In this document: piece by piece, positions 24,367 through 32,000 of the stretch | Layout of the letters: the number at the start of each line of letters is the position of its first letter | Numbering within the stretch: the first letter of the stretch is position 1 | Assembly (NCBI GenBank): GCA_029785195.1 | Contig: JAFMAD010000004.1 | Span: 69,329-101,328 of the forward strand | Direction: 5' to 3' | Length of the DNA stretch: 32,000 bases | Source of the DNA: Nitrososphaerota archaeon | GTDB lineage: Archaea; Thermoproteota; Nitrososphaeria; Nitrososphaerales; Gagatemarchaeaceae | Notes under the pieces: model-generated | Database searches by the model: none | Seen by the model: the letters and a program-made list of their open reading frames with translations, nothing else | What the model was told of the DNA's origin: nothing | Program-made: the position numbers and the translations under genes

Positions 24367-24588
24367 TCAATCAAGAGCGCGGTTCCAGTACCCGTAACTC
24401 CCGCCTCTGCCATTGCAGCGCTTGCAGGGGAGCTCGATGGACCTGTTCGTTGCGGTGTATCTCTGAGGGGCTGCGTTCGGGTCAGACCATTCGGCGATGA
24501 CGAGATTGAACTCGCCACGCCCCCCGCACACCGTGCACGTGGTGCCCAACTCATGTCTATCTCGAGGAGATTGCACTCGTACATACAT
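24367..24588 (-). CDS. Small protein (73 aa) with two DnaJ-type CxxCxGxG zinc-finger motifs
   Basis: Track ORF. CTVCGGRGEF and CKRCNGRGGS. I prefer it over the overlapping 117-aa and 191-aa ORFs, which have low-complexity translations. Confidence 0.5.
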   Translation of the reverse strand: MYVRVQSPRDRHELGTTCTVCGGRGEFNLVIAEWSDPNAAPQRYTATNRSIELPCKRCNGRGGSYGYWNRALD

Positions 24589-24682
24589 GTCACCCTACGG
24601 TGTTCGGGCCCGCCGATAATCCGTGGACGCACCCGCCAGGTTACCAGTGGTGCCACGGAGGAGATGTCGCTCTCGAGAGAAA

Positions 24683-25552
24683 ATGGTAAATACGATTCCC
24701 GAATTCAGGCGGCTTATGCCCGCAGAGAAGAAGGCGTTCGACTTCATCAGGATAGACATGCCGCCCAAGAAGCCCAGGCAGGTGGGCGTCGTCGAGATGA
24801 GGGGGCCTTACTACACTTCCATCAGCTACGGTTACCTCAAAGACCTCCTGGACGACTGGAGCGACTATGTGGATGGGTACAAGTTCGCCGGCGGGTCGAT
24901 GCGGCTTCTTAACAGAAGCAGGGTGAAGGAGACCATCAGAGCCTGCCACGCGCACGACCTCTACGTGTCGACTGGCGGGTTCGTAGAGCGGGTGATAGTC
25001 CAAGGGAAGAGGGCCGTCGACCGGTACCTAGAGGAGTGCAGGAAGCTGGGGTTCGACGTGGTCGAGGTATCGAGCGGCCTCGCACCCATCCCCCTCAAGG
25101 ACAAGTTGGAGATCGTCGAGCGCGTCAAGAAGCTAGGGATGAAGCCCAAGCCCGAGGTTTCGATGATGATAGGCGCGGGGGCAGGCACCCACGTGACAGG
25201 CTACGATGAGTCCATGAGGATGAGAGATTTCGGCGAGTTCTCGGACGAGGTCCAGGCCCATTTGAAGGCCGGCGCCAAGATGATCATGGTGGAGTCGGAG
25301 GGTCTGACCGAGGACCTCCCCCCCGAAAAGTGGAGGAAGGACGTGATCAAGAAGCTCGTTGACAGGTTCGGGCACAAAGTGTTCATGTTCGAGGCGTCCG
25401 ACCCTCCGGTCTTCAAATGGTACCTGACCACCTTCGGGCGCGACGTTAATCTGTTCATCGACCACTCCCAGGTCGTCGAGTTCGCGGCCTGGAGGACCAG
25501 GCTCTGGGGAGACAAGGAGATCTGGGAAGGGAAGAAGGTCGAATACGCCTGA
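24683..25552 (+). CDS. comA: (2R)-phospho-3-sulfolactate synthase (ComA family)
   Basis: Track ORF 24623..25552, trimmed to the in-frame ATG at 24683 (MVNTIPEF...). VVEMRGPYYTSISYGYLKDLLDDWSDYVDGYKFAGGSMRLL...YVSTGGFVERV...GFDVVEVSSG matches the ComA family pattern. The longer start remains possible. Confidence 0.85.
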   Translation: MVNTIPEFRRLMPAEKKAFDFIRIDMPPKKPRQVGVVEMRGPYYTSISYGYLKDLLDDWSDYVDGYKFAGGSMRLLNRSRVKETIRACHAHDLYVSTGGFVERVIVQGKRAVDRYLEECRKLGFDVVEVSSGLAPIPLKDKLEIVERVKKLGMKPKPEVSMMIGAGAGTHVTGYDESMRMRDFGEFSDEVQAHLKAGAKMIMVESEGLTEDLPPEKWRKDVIKKLVDRFGHKVFMFEASDPPVFKWYLTTFGRDVNLFIDHSQVVEFAAWRTRLWGDKEIWEGKKVEYA

Positions 25553-25611
25553 TGCGGCGGCTGACCCGACGCCGGTGAGGACAGGAACCTGACAACAGGG
25601 AAGGCGGGCCT

Positions 25612-26988
25612 ATGACCCTAGTCGAGGAGATGGCTGAATTCGTTTCATCTTCTACGTACAAGGCTCTCTCAGACGAAGCCGTCCTTCAACTGAAGGTCCG
25701 GGTCCTGGATGCCATCGGCTGCGCGATAGGCGCTCTGTCGGCAGAGCCCGTGGCCAGGATACGCGCTTTCGAAGACGACTTCGGGGGCTCGCCCCTCTGC
25801 ACCCTGATAGGAGGCGGGAAGACGAGCCCGGACAGGGCCGCGCTCTATAACGGGGCACTGATCAGGTACCTCGACTTCAACGACAGCTTCCTCGCGAAGG
25901 GCGAGACCTGCCACCCCAGCGACAACGTCGCCCCTGTTCTCGCCGCCTCTGAATACTCGAAGGCTTCCGGCAAAGACTTCCTCACGGCGCTGGCTGTAGC
26001 CTATCAGGTCCAGTGCAGGATGAGCGAAGTCGCGCCTGTGAGGGCGAAGGGGTTCGACCACACGACCCAGGGGGCTTACGCAGTGGCCGCGGGCGCCGCA
26101 CGGGCCCTCTCCCTCAGCCCTGCGAAAGCAGCCAATGCGATCGCCATCGCCGGCACCACGCTGAACGCCCTGAGGGTGACGCGGACGGGAAGGCTCTCGA
26201 ACTGGAAGGGGCTCGCCTATCCGTTCGTGTCGTTCGGCGCGTTGACGGCTGTCTTCATGGCCATGAAAGGGATAACGGGCCCCCTGGAAGTCTTCGAGGG
26301 GAACAAGGGGTTCATGGACTCGATCGCTGGCAAGTTCGAGATTGACTGGGAGCGGGAGAATCTCGAAGCCGTCACCCGCACGATAGTGAAGAAGTACAAC
26401 GCAGAGGTCCATTCCCAGTCCGCGATAGAGTGCATCTTGGCCATGCAGGCAGAGTCCAAGTTCAAGGCCGAGGACGTCGAATCGATCGATTTGAGAATCT
26501 TCGACGTGGCGTACAACATCATAGGGGGCGGCGAAGAGGGGAACAAGAAAGTGGTAGAGAACAAGGAGCAGGCTGACCACAGCCTTCCATACATCCTCTC
26601 AGCGGCTCTCCTCGATGGCGAAGTCATGCCGCGCCAGTACCTGCCAGAAAGGATCGCCAGGGAAGACATACAATCCCTCCTCAGAAGGGTCGAAGTCCGC
26701 CCGGACGAGCAGCTCAGCTCCAAGTTTCCGAACGCCATGCCATGCATCGTAGCCGTCCGTCTGAATGATGGGAGGTCTCTTGAAAGATCTGCAGATGACT
26801 ACGAAGGGTTCTTCACTCGACCCATGAGCTGGGAAAGGGCCGCCGAGAAGTTCCACAGGCTGGCGTCCTCCCGTGTCCCCGAAGGCCTGAGGATGAAAAT
26901 CGAGGACGCCGTGAGGCGCCTCGACCAGATGGAAATCAAAGAGCTGACTCCCCTCCTCGGGAGAGCGGGCAGGAGAGGGAAGGGCTGA
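25612..26988 (+). CDS. MmgE/PrpD family protein (2-methylcitrate dehydratase-like)
   Basis: Track ORF, 458 aa. LKVRVLDAIGCAIGAL, CHPSDNVAPVLAASE and GFDHTTQGAYAVAAGAA are typical PrpD-family blocks. Confidence 0.88.
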   Translation: MTLVEEMAEFVSSSTYKALSDEAVLQLKVRVLDAIGCAIGALSAEPVARIRAFEDDFGGSPLCTLIGGGKTSPDRAALYNGALIRYLDFNDSFLAKGETCHPSDNVAPVLAASEYSKASGKDFLTALAVAYQVQCRMSEVAPVRAKGFDHTTQGAYAVAAGAARALSLSPAKAANAIAIAGTTLNALRVTRTGRLSNWKGLAYPFVSFGALTAVFMAMKGITGPLEVFEGNKGFMDSIAGKFEIDWERENLEAVTRTIVKKYNAEVHSQSAIECILAMQAESKFKAEDVESIDLRIFDVAYNIIGGGEEGNKKVVENKEQADHSLPYILSAALLDGEVMPRQYLPERIAREDIQSLLRRVEVRPDEQLSSKFPNAMPCIVAVRLNDGRSLERSADDYEGFFTRPMSWERAAEKFHRLASSRVPEGLRMKIEDAVRRLDQMEIKELTPLLGRAGRRGKG

Positions 26989-27023
26989 GCAAGGCGCCTG
27001 CACCCTTACCGAAAATTACTAGG

Positions 27024-28193
27024 TCACTTTGGCGCTTGGACGGCGCCTAGGTGGCGCTCCGCCCCGCTTCGCCTGGTCCCGCGGAGAATCTCAACGAAAA
27101 AGGCCGCGACGGCGAGGAGGACCAGCCACCCTGAAACCGCAACGGAGAGATTGAGCAGCCAAGCACCATCGTACAGAAGCGCAAGCTCAGAACCTATCCT
27201 TGTAACGAGGGCGACCATGAGGATTGCGAGTGGGATGGAGGAAAGCTTCGCGTTGTCGAACTGCCTGCGGGTCACCATGGGGAGTATTATCGGGCCGTGC
27301 GCCAGGAACATCAGCCCGATGAAGCCCAACGCGAGCGAGTGGATGAAGGCATCGTAAAAAACGAACAAGGGAGAGAGCGAATAGGCTACCCCAAACACAG
27401 ATCCAGCCAGACCCCAGACGTAGGCGAGCTCGACGTGGTTGCGCACATATTTCTGGAAGGGCAAGGCTGTCGCGTTGGGACGCGCCTTCCTCTCATTAAC
27501 CAAGAAGAACCCGAAGGTGAGGCCGGTCAACCCGAACGCGACGAGGGTCATCGAAGTCAAGGACCACGCATCCAGTCCGAACAGGCCGAGCGCCACCGCG
27601 ACCATGATGAGCGCGGGGACGAACCTGTCCGAAGAGCTCTTGGTCGCCAGGCTGGTCAGTTCCACTCTTTCGCCGAGTACAAAGACGACCGGGAACAGGA
27701 GAAGGGTCATCACGAAGCCCACGTTCCCAGCAGGGAGCGAGAAGGCCGAGAGGAGGGCAGAGAGCAGCAGAGCGACGCCGGAAACGACCATGAATAGGAC
27801 CGACATCTTCTCGCGCCCCATCGTAAGGAACGAGCGCAGCAATGAAAGGAAGAGGAGAGATGCAACCACGAGCAACGCCGCGCCGACATAGCTAGCCAGG
27901 GCAAGATCGAAGAGAAAGCCTAGCATTTCAACCGCCATCCCTACGAAGATGAACGGAGGTATTGCGAGGGAGAGGCGAGTCTGCTTTGTATGTGGCAGGA
28001 GTTCGACGCCTGCTATCCTCTCAGTGACGATCATCCCCGCTATGAAACCGAAGACCATCAGCAGAGGGTGTAGAGCGAAGAGGTTGCCCAGCACCACGGG
28101 ACCGACCCCGTTCTGGGCCATGAGGCGGAAAATCCCCGCCATCAGCGCGAGGAGCATGAAAGCAATGGAGGCGCCCATGAAGGGGAGGGCCAT
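27024..28193 (-). CDS. Polytopic membrane protein (about 12 TM), NnrS-like (tentative)
   Basis: Track ORF, 389 aa and almost entirely hydrophobic. ALHPLLMVFGFIAGMIVTER resembles the NnrS H.HemlFGf..a.i.GFllTA motif. It appears to be a paralogue of the N-terminal domain of 20589..22265. Confidence 0.75.
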   Translation of the reverse strand: MALPFMGASIAFMLLALMAGIFRLMAQNGVGPVVLGNLFALHPLLMVFGFIAGMIVTERIAGVELLPHTKQTRLSLAIPPFIFVGMAVEMLGFLFDLALASYVGAALLVVASLLFLSLLRSFLTMGREKMSVLFMVVSGVALLLSALLSAFSLPAGNVGFVMTLLLFPVVFVLGERVELTSLATKSSSDRFVPALIMVAVALGLFGLDAWSLTSMTLVAFGLTGLTFGFFLVNERKARPNATALPFQKYVRNHVELAYVWGLAGSVFGVAYSLSPLFVFYDAFIHSLALGFIGLMFLAHGPIILPMVTRRQFDNAKLSSIPLAILMVALVTRIGSELALLYDGAWLLNLSVAVSGWLVLLAVAAFFVEILRGTRRSGAERHLGAVQAPK

Positions 28194-28223
28194 GTTCCTA
28201 GGCGTTCATCATCCCTCGGGTGG

Positions 28224-28859
28224 TCACTCGAAGGAGCCGGCCGCTATCTTCCGGGAGACCTCTTCGTGATCAGAGTCGCCGGGAGGAGGAGAGACCACAT
28301 GGAGCGCTTCCATGTCGGTCTCGGCCAAGATCCCGCGCCTGACTCCTTTGGGGACAATTATCACGTCTCCAGGGGATATTCTCTGTCTCTCGCTCCCGGC
28401 AACCACCGTGCCTTTCCCTGACTGCACCACAAAGATCAGGTCGATGTTAGGCGTATGGACAGGGATGAACTGCCCGGCCCTGATGTAGGTGAGCAGCACC
28501 CGATACGAGGGCGTCGCATAGACCGGAACCGGCGAAAAAGAGGAGTCACTGTATTGCCTTTCTCTTCCAAAGCTCGTCATGACCGGACCAGCCCTGTCTC
28601 CAGCCACGCCCACGCGTTTTGTGAACACCCCCACCCACTCACCCGACCTCCTTTCGTAGGCCCTGTACGCTTCAGGGTCGAAGTCCCTGCGCTCATGCTT
28701 CATGAACGCCACCAGGTGCACCGGCTCGTGGTCGTTCACCACCGAAAGAACCTCTCCTGGCTTCAGTGAGTCGAAGAGCTCTAGCACCTTGCCATGTCTC
28801 TCATGCGGTGGAAGGCCCCGGACGTCTATTTCCTGCCGGGTCGGCTTCTGGGAAGACAT
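28224..28859 (-). CDS. DUF2249 domain plus C-terminal cupin domain protein
   Basis: Track ORF. IDVRGLPPHERHGKVLELFDSLKPGEVLSVVNDHEPVHLV matches the DUF2249 pattern (lDvR.l.p..rh..i...f..L..Ge.l.l..dHdP.pL). The C-terminal beta-rich region PVHTPNIDLIFVVQSGKGTVVAG...GDVIIVPKG is cupin-like. Confidence 0.8.
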   Translation of the reverse strand: MSSQKPTRQEIDVRGLPPHERHGKVLELFDSLKPGEVLSVVNDHEPVHLVAFMKHERRDFDPEAYRAYERRSGEWVGVFTKRVGVAGDRAGPVMTSFGRERQYSDSSFSPVPVYATPSYRVLLTYIRAGQFIPVHTPNIDLIFVVQSGKGTVVAGSERQRISPGDVIIVPKGVRRGILAETDMEALHVVSPPPGDSDHEEVSRKIAAGSFE

Positions 28860-28955
28860 CCGCCACCCTCGTCCCGGCCTCTTCTGTTATTGGTTGGCCC
28901 AAAGATGTTTGGGGTCGGCCGCCTCTGTCCCTTGCCGAGGCCAACGCAGGTCCGC

Positions 28956-29510
28956 TCAGCCTTTCGGACGAATCCTTGGTTCAGCTGCTTCCGCGGGATA
29001 GGACAGAGCAGTTCCCTTGACTCGGGCGAACGGGGTGAGTCTGTGGGGTCGACCCTCCCCTCTGTTCGCAATGTGGATGACCTTCCCGCCGCGCACGGTG
29101 AGGGCGTCGGCCACAAGCGACCTGTGGCACCTGAAGGGGTTCCCCTCGGCGCACATCATGGCGATTCTCTTTTCCTTTGCGAGGCGCCCGAGCTTCTCCA
29201 AGCCGGCCTCAAACCCCTCAGTCTGCATGTAGTCTGCGAAGCCTCGGAAGCTCGCGTTGCGCCACCCTGTGTTCTTCGAATCCTTGGCAGGACGGCGGAG
29301 GCCCCCCAGTTCCTTGAGGTGGATGTATCCGATCCCTCCTTGGCAGAGCGAAAGCGCGAGGTCGTTCCCGTTGAATTGCGGGTTGTGCCTTGACTTTGGA
29401 ATCGTACGTATGTCGACCAGAGTGTCCACGTTGTGGGCTCGCAGTATTCCGATGAATTCCTGGATTTCCCTCGTCGAATGCCCTACAGCGTAGACCGTCG
29501 TTCCTTTCAA
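28956..29510 (-). CDS. DUF488 family protein (long form)
   Basis: Track ORF 28956..29675, trimmed to the in-frame TTG at 29510 ((M)KGTTVYAVGHSTREIQEF...). LVDIRTIPKSRHNPQFN and RIAMMCAEGNPFRCHRSLVADAL are DUF488 signature blocks. The 55-aa upstream extension is R/G/S-rich and not family-like. Confidence 0.8.
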   Translation of the reverse strand: MKGTTVYAVGHSTREIQEFIGILRAHNVDTLVDIRTIPKSRHNPQFNGNDLALSLCQGGIGYIHLKELGGLRRPAKDSKNTGWRNASFRGFADYMQTEGFEAGLEKLGRLAKEKRIAMMCAEGNPFRCHRSLVADALTVRGGKVIHIANRGEGRPHRLTPFARVKGTALSYPAEAAEPRIRPKG

Positions 29511-29708
29511 GGCCTGCCGGCCACCGGTTTCCCGACGAGCGTCCCTCGTCCCCAATGGTCCTTCTCCAGCCCCTGGGGGAGCCAGGAGCTCCCTTATGCT
29601 CTCCCCCAAAGCCCTTCGGGACGTCGAGCTTACATGGGTATGGCGAGATCTGCCCCGAAGTCCTTTGGCGCACATCTTATAGAACCGAAGCGGCGCGGTC
29701 CCAATCCT

Positions 29709-30200
29709 ATGAAAGCGAGGTTGAGCTATGGAAAAGTCGCGCCCGGCGTCCGTGAGGCGATGTTGGGCCTTGAGAAATACGTCGAATCCAGCGGCCTAGG
29801 ACCTGGGCTCCTGAACCTGATCAAGATCCGCGCGTCGCAGATCAACAGGTGTGCCTGGTGTCTCGACATGCACACGAAGGACGCCCGAGCGGCCGGCGAG
29901 ACAGAGCAGCGGATTTACGCCCTTTCGGCGTGGAGGGAGACGCCATTCTATACCCCCAAGGAGCGTGCTGCGCTTGCCTGGACAGAGGCGGTCACACTTG
30001 TGGCCGCTTCGGGTGTCCCTGAAGATGTGTTCGAAGAGGCGCGCAAGCATTTCGCCGAAAAGGAACTCGTCGACCTCACAATGGCCGTGATCGCAATTAA
30101 CGGATGGAACAGGTTCAATGTCGCCTTCGGCACCGTGCCCGGCGACTACCGGCCGACCCCCTCGCCCAGAACCGGAGTCCCGAAGGCGAAGGCAGATTGA
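29709..30200 (+). CDS. Carboxymuconolactone decarboxylase/AhpD-like family protein
   Basis: Track ORF 29433..30200, trimmed to the in-frame ATG at 29709 (MKARLSYGK...). LIKIRASQINRCAWCLDMHTKDA carries the AhpD-core CxxC..H motif. The longer form would overlap the divergent DUF488 gene. Confidence 0.85.
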   Translation: MKARLSYGKVAPGVREAMLGLEKYVESSGLGPGLLNLIKIRASQINRCAWCLDMHTKDARAAGETEQRIYALSAWRETPFYTPKERAALAWTEAVTLVAASGVPEDVFEEARKHFAEKELVDLTMAVIAINGWNRFNVAFGTVPGDYRPTPSPRTGVPKAKAD

Positions 30201-30547
30201 AGGTCAACGGGATAGAGCATCACCCCCCGCCAGTCCGAAGATCTGTGGGCTCGATTTCATGCCGGTCCCGCACGAGGATGCACGGAGTGGCGCTCGTTCC
30301 TGCGTTAGTTGCTATCCCCTGGCGGGGGCGGTCGCCTCTATCGATGTGTGGTAAGAACAGAGGTAAGAGTACAAACCAGCTTGGGCGAACGTGAAGGACC
30401 ATCCCTGCTGCGCTCAGCGTTCAATTTCGACCTCCAATCGACAGCGAATCAAAGGTCAGGTAAGAGATTACCCTGAAATCCCCAGTGGAATCCTAGTACA
30501 AAACCGGGGAGGATGAGGACACGTGGTTCTGGTCAGACCACCGTGAC

Positions 30548-31516
30548 TCATCCTTTGTATTGGAGATAGAAGTTGGTCGAGTTCACCGTGAAGTGCTCGA
30601 AGAGGTTCGTGTTGGCGTTGTTGAGTTGGACCGCCGTAGCTGCGCCGGGGACTACCACCTGAGTGGTCGGCCCTCCGAGCGTCTGCCAGATGGGGTTGTT
30701 GGCGTCTATCTGGGAGATTGCGGAGTTATGAGTCGTCAGAGCGTTGACCAGCGCTGAATAGTTGTTGAGGCAGTCGGCTGTGGCGTTGGCGAGGGACGAA
30801 GGCACGATTTCCGAGCACTGCCCAGTGACAGGGTTCGGCTGGATGTTGGGATCGAAGTTCAGGACGACGACGGTGTACCAGGGGATGACCTGGAAGCAGC
30901 AGTTTATCAGGTGGTCGTGGGCCGGAGTGGGCAAGACCCCTTCAGGGAGGCCGCCGTAGCCGTTTGTAATGCCGAGGTGCTGTTCCACGGCTGTGAAGAA
31001 CGGAGAGTACAGGAGCAGGGGGTGGTCGGGGCAGCCGGAGGGCGTCCCGCTCGCGCCACAATCGGTGATTATCGTTTGGTTGTCGAAGACTGGATACCCC
31101 TGCGGAGAAGCGCCCAGGGCTTTGACGCCGAATACGGATAGTCCTGCGTACGCAGGGACGACGACCCACAGCGGAACGGCCCCCGCCTCAGCGTTGCCGT
31201 TGCCAGCGCCCACTTCACAGCTCGTCTGGGATGCTGCAGCCGTCTGGTTGGGGAAGAAGGTCAGCAGGCTGGGTGTGCAGGCGTATTGACGCGGATAGAC
31301 GAATGTCACGACCTGCCCGTTATAGAGACCGCCCGTTTCGAACCAGACTGACCGGTTCGACGTCAGCGTGGTAGTTTCGACCGATGTGGCCGTTGTGGTC
31401 GTGACGGCGCCCTGCTTGGTTGTGTACAGAGCGAATCCACCGGCGGCAATCACCAGGAGGATTATTGTGACAGATGCGAAGATGACGTTCGAGATTGCGA
31501 TTTTACCTTTGGCCAA
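30548..31516 (-). CDS. Secreted or membrane-anchored protein with an archaeal class III (type IV pilin-like) signal-like N-terminus and a Thr-rich linker
   Basis: Track ORF with a TTG start. MAKGKIAISNVIFASVTIILLVIAAGGFALY is followed by TTKQGAVTTTTATSVETTTLTSN. An A/T-rich TATA-like sequence (ATAATATAC on the minus strand, about 31543-31552) lies upstream. Confidence 0.65.
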   Translation of the reverse strand: MAKGKIAISNVIFASVTIILLVIAAGGFALYTTKQGAVTTTTATSVETTTLTSNRSVWFETGGLYNGQVVTFVYPRQYACTPSLLTFFPNQTAAASQTSCEVGAGNGNAEAGAVPLWVVVPAYAGLSVFGVKALGASPQGYPVFDNQTIITDCGASGTPSGCPDHPLLLYSPFFTAVEQHLGITNGYGGLPEGVLPTPAHDHLINCCFQVIPWYTVVVLNFDPNIQPNPVTGQCSEIVPSSLANATADCLNNYSALVNALTTHNSAISQIDANNPIWQTLGGPTTQVVVPGAATAVQLNNANTNLFEHFTVNSTNFYLQYKG

Positions 31517-31617
31517 TTATCTTCGTAGTGGACGTCCAGAACTTCGTATATTATGAGGACGTGTAAACCGTAGCATAATATAACAAAGTGTAACCTGAGA
31601 AACTTCCTGACCGAACT

Positions 31618-31974
31618 TCAGAACTCGATGGTGACCGAATGGTCGGTCGAGGAATACTTGGCTCTTATGCCGACCTGCTCGAGGACCCCTCCCGCATAGT
31701 GCATCAGGAACAGGGAGCCTTTCGGGCCTAACTCGTGCATCAAGGTCAGCGTCCTCACCCCTCCCTCTCCGATTTCGCTGTACTTGTAGAGGTTCGCGTA
31801 GTCCCCCATCATCCTCAGGAAGTCTATCGCTGTATGCAGGGTCATGGAGCCCTGTTTGGCCGAGATTATGGCCTTCGGCACGTCCTTTCCAGCATTCCTC
31901 CCGGCGTTGACAATCTCCTCCTCGGAAGCTGACTGCAGGAGGTGACTGAAGGTGGGGTGAGCGATCTTCATCAA
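31618..31974 (-). CDS. Hypothetical protein, possibly the C-terminal part of a longer protein starting beyond the window end
   Basis: Track ORF, 118 aa. The reverse frame stays open upstream of the TTG at 31974 to the window edge (...DRYFEKLGL-MKIAHP), so the real start may lie outside the window. I recognised no motif. Confidence 0.5.
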   Translation of the reverse strand: MMKIAHPTFSHLLQSASEEEIVNAGRNAGKDVPKAIISAKQGSMTLHTAIDFLRMMGDYANLYKYSEIGEGGVRTLTLMHELGPKGSLFLMHYAGGVLEQVGIRAKYSSTDHSVTIEF

Positions 31975-32000
31975 TCCGAGTTTCTCGAAGTATCTGTCGA

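Noticed and set aside
24303-24912. ORFs 24303..24656 (-, 117 aa) and 24337..24912 (+, 191 aa)
   Set aside because: They overlap both the CxxCxGxG mini-protein and the 5' end of comA, and their translations are A/R/P-rich without motifs. The ComA similarity begins only after about 24700 in the other plus frame.
20755-26580. Large antisense ORFs: 20755..21582 (+, 275 aa), 23334..24119 and 23362..24099 (+, 261 and 245 aa), 25669..26580 (-, 303 aa), 26217..26747 (-)
   Set aside because: Each lies opposite a gene with strong family motifs (membrane/FDOR fusion, HTH_10 regulator, PrpD). Their own translations are compositionally biased and have no motifs.
29433-29708. Long N-terminal extensions of the AhpD-like ORF (from 29433) and of the divergent DUF488 ORF (up to 29675)
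   Set aside because: The two extensions overlap each other on opposite strands and are low-complexity. The family-conserved regions begin at ATG 29709 and TTG 29510 respectively.
30209-30328. Complementary GC-rich segments: GGGATAG (30209-30215) with CTATCCC (30312-30318), and CCCCCGCCAG (30224-30233) with CTGGCGGGGG (30319-30328). These suggested a structured RNA in the 347-bp intergenic region.
   Set aside because: The two pairings cross each other (pseudoknot order) rather than nest. I recognise no RNA family here, and short GC-rich complementarities are expected by chance at this base composition. An Rfam/Infernal scan is still worthwhile.
1-32000. Search by eye for CRISPR arrays, rRNA genes, IS elements, transposases, integrases and long direct repeats
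   Set aside because: I saw no regularly spaced repeats, rRNA-like segments, or DDE/tyrosine-recombinase motifs in any long ORF. Island mobility therefore cannot be supported from this window, and its other end lies beyond base 1.

Overview
High-GC, apparently archaeal window. The lineage call rests on a two-subunit 2-oxoacid:ferredoxin oxidoreductase, a Sulfolobus/Thermoplasma-type zinc ferredoxin, HTH_10 (Bat-like) regulators and A/T-rich TATA-like boxes about 25-40 nt upstream of starts. A Thermoplasmatota-like origin is only a guess. The window splits in two.

(A) 1-12.6 kb looks like an accessory, defence-type island made of two divergent gene sets.
- On the minus strand, an SNF2-family helicase (4477-7278) is followed 2 nt after its stop by a giant ORF (4474 down to base 1, at least 1491 codons). 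This ORF is missing from the supplied ORF track because it runs off the window edge. It encodes a sacsin-like GHKL ATPase.
- On the plus strand there are five genes: an EVE/PUA-like protein, a 441-aa protein with a C-terminal HEPN-like Rx4H motif, a DUF262 (DGQQR) protein lacking the usual DUF1524 nuclease, a 163-aa mini-HEPN protein and a signal-less trypsin-like serine protease.
- A 5'-truncated HNH nuclease remnant converges on the end of this set.
- I do not recognise either module as a named defence system. Together they are my best candidate for the undescribed system.

(B) 13-32 kb is housekeeping and redox metabolism.
- One long minus-strand operon carries the zinc ferredoxin, a Cys-rich mini-ORF, OFOR alpha and beta, an FAD-dependent ferredoxin reductase, DUF488, a HiPIP-like protein and a Rieske ferredoxin.
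- A second neighbourhood holds two hemerythrin-like proteins, two NnrS-like membrane proteins (one fused to a PNPOx/FDOR-like domain), a DUF2249-cupin protein and two HTH_10 regulators.
- The remaining genes are ComA, a PrpD-family protein, an AhpD-like protein and a pilin-like secreted protein.

I found no rRNA, convincing tRNA, CRISPR array or transposase. All family assignments come from motif reading by eye; no database search was possible.
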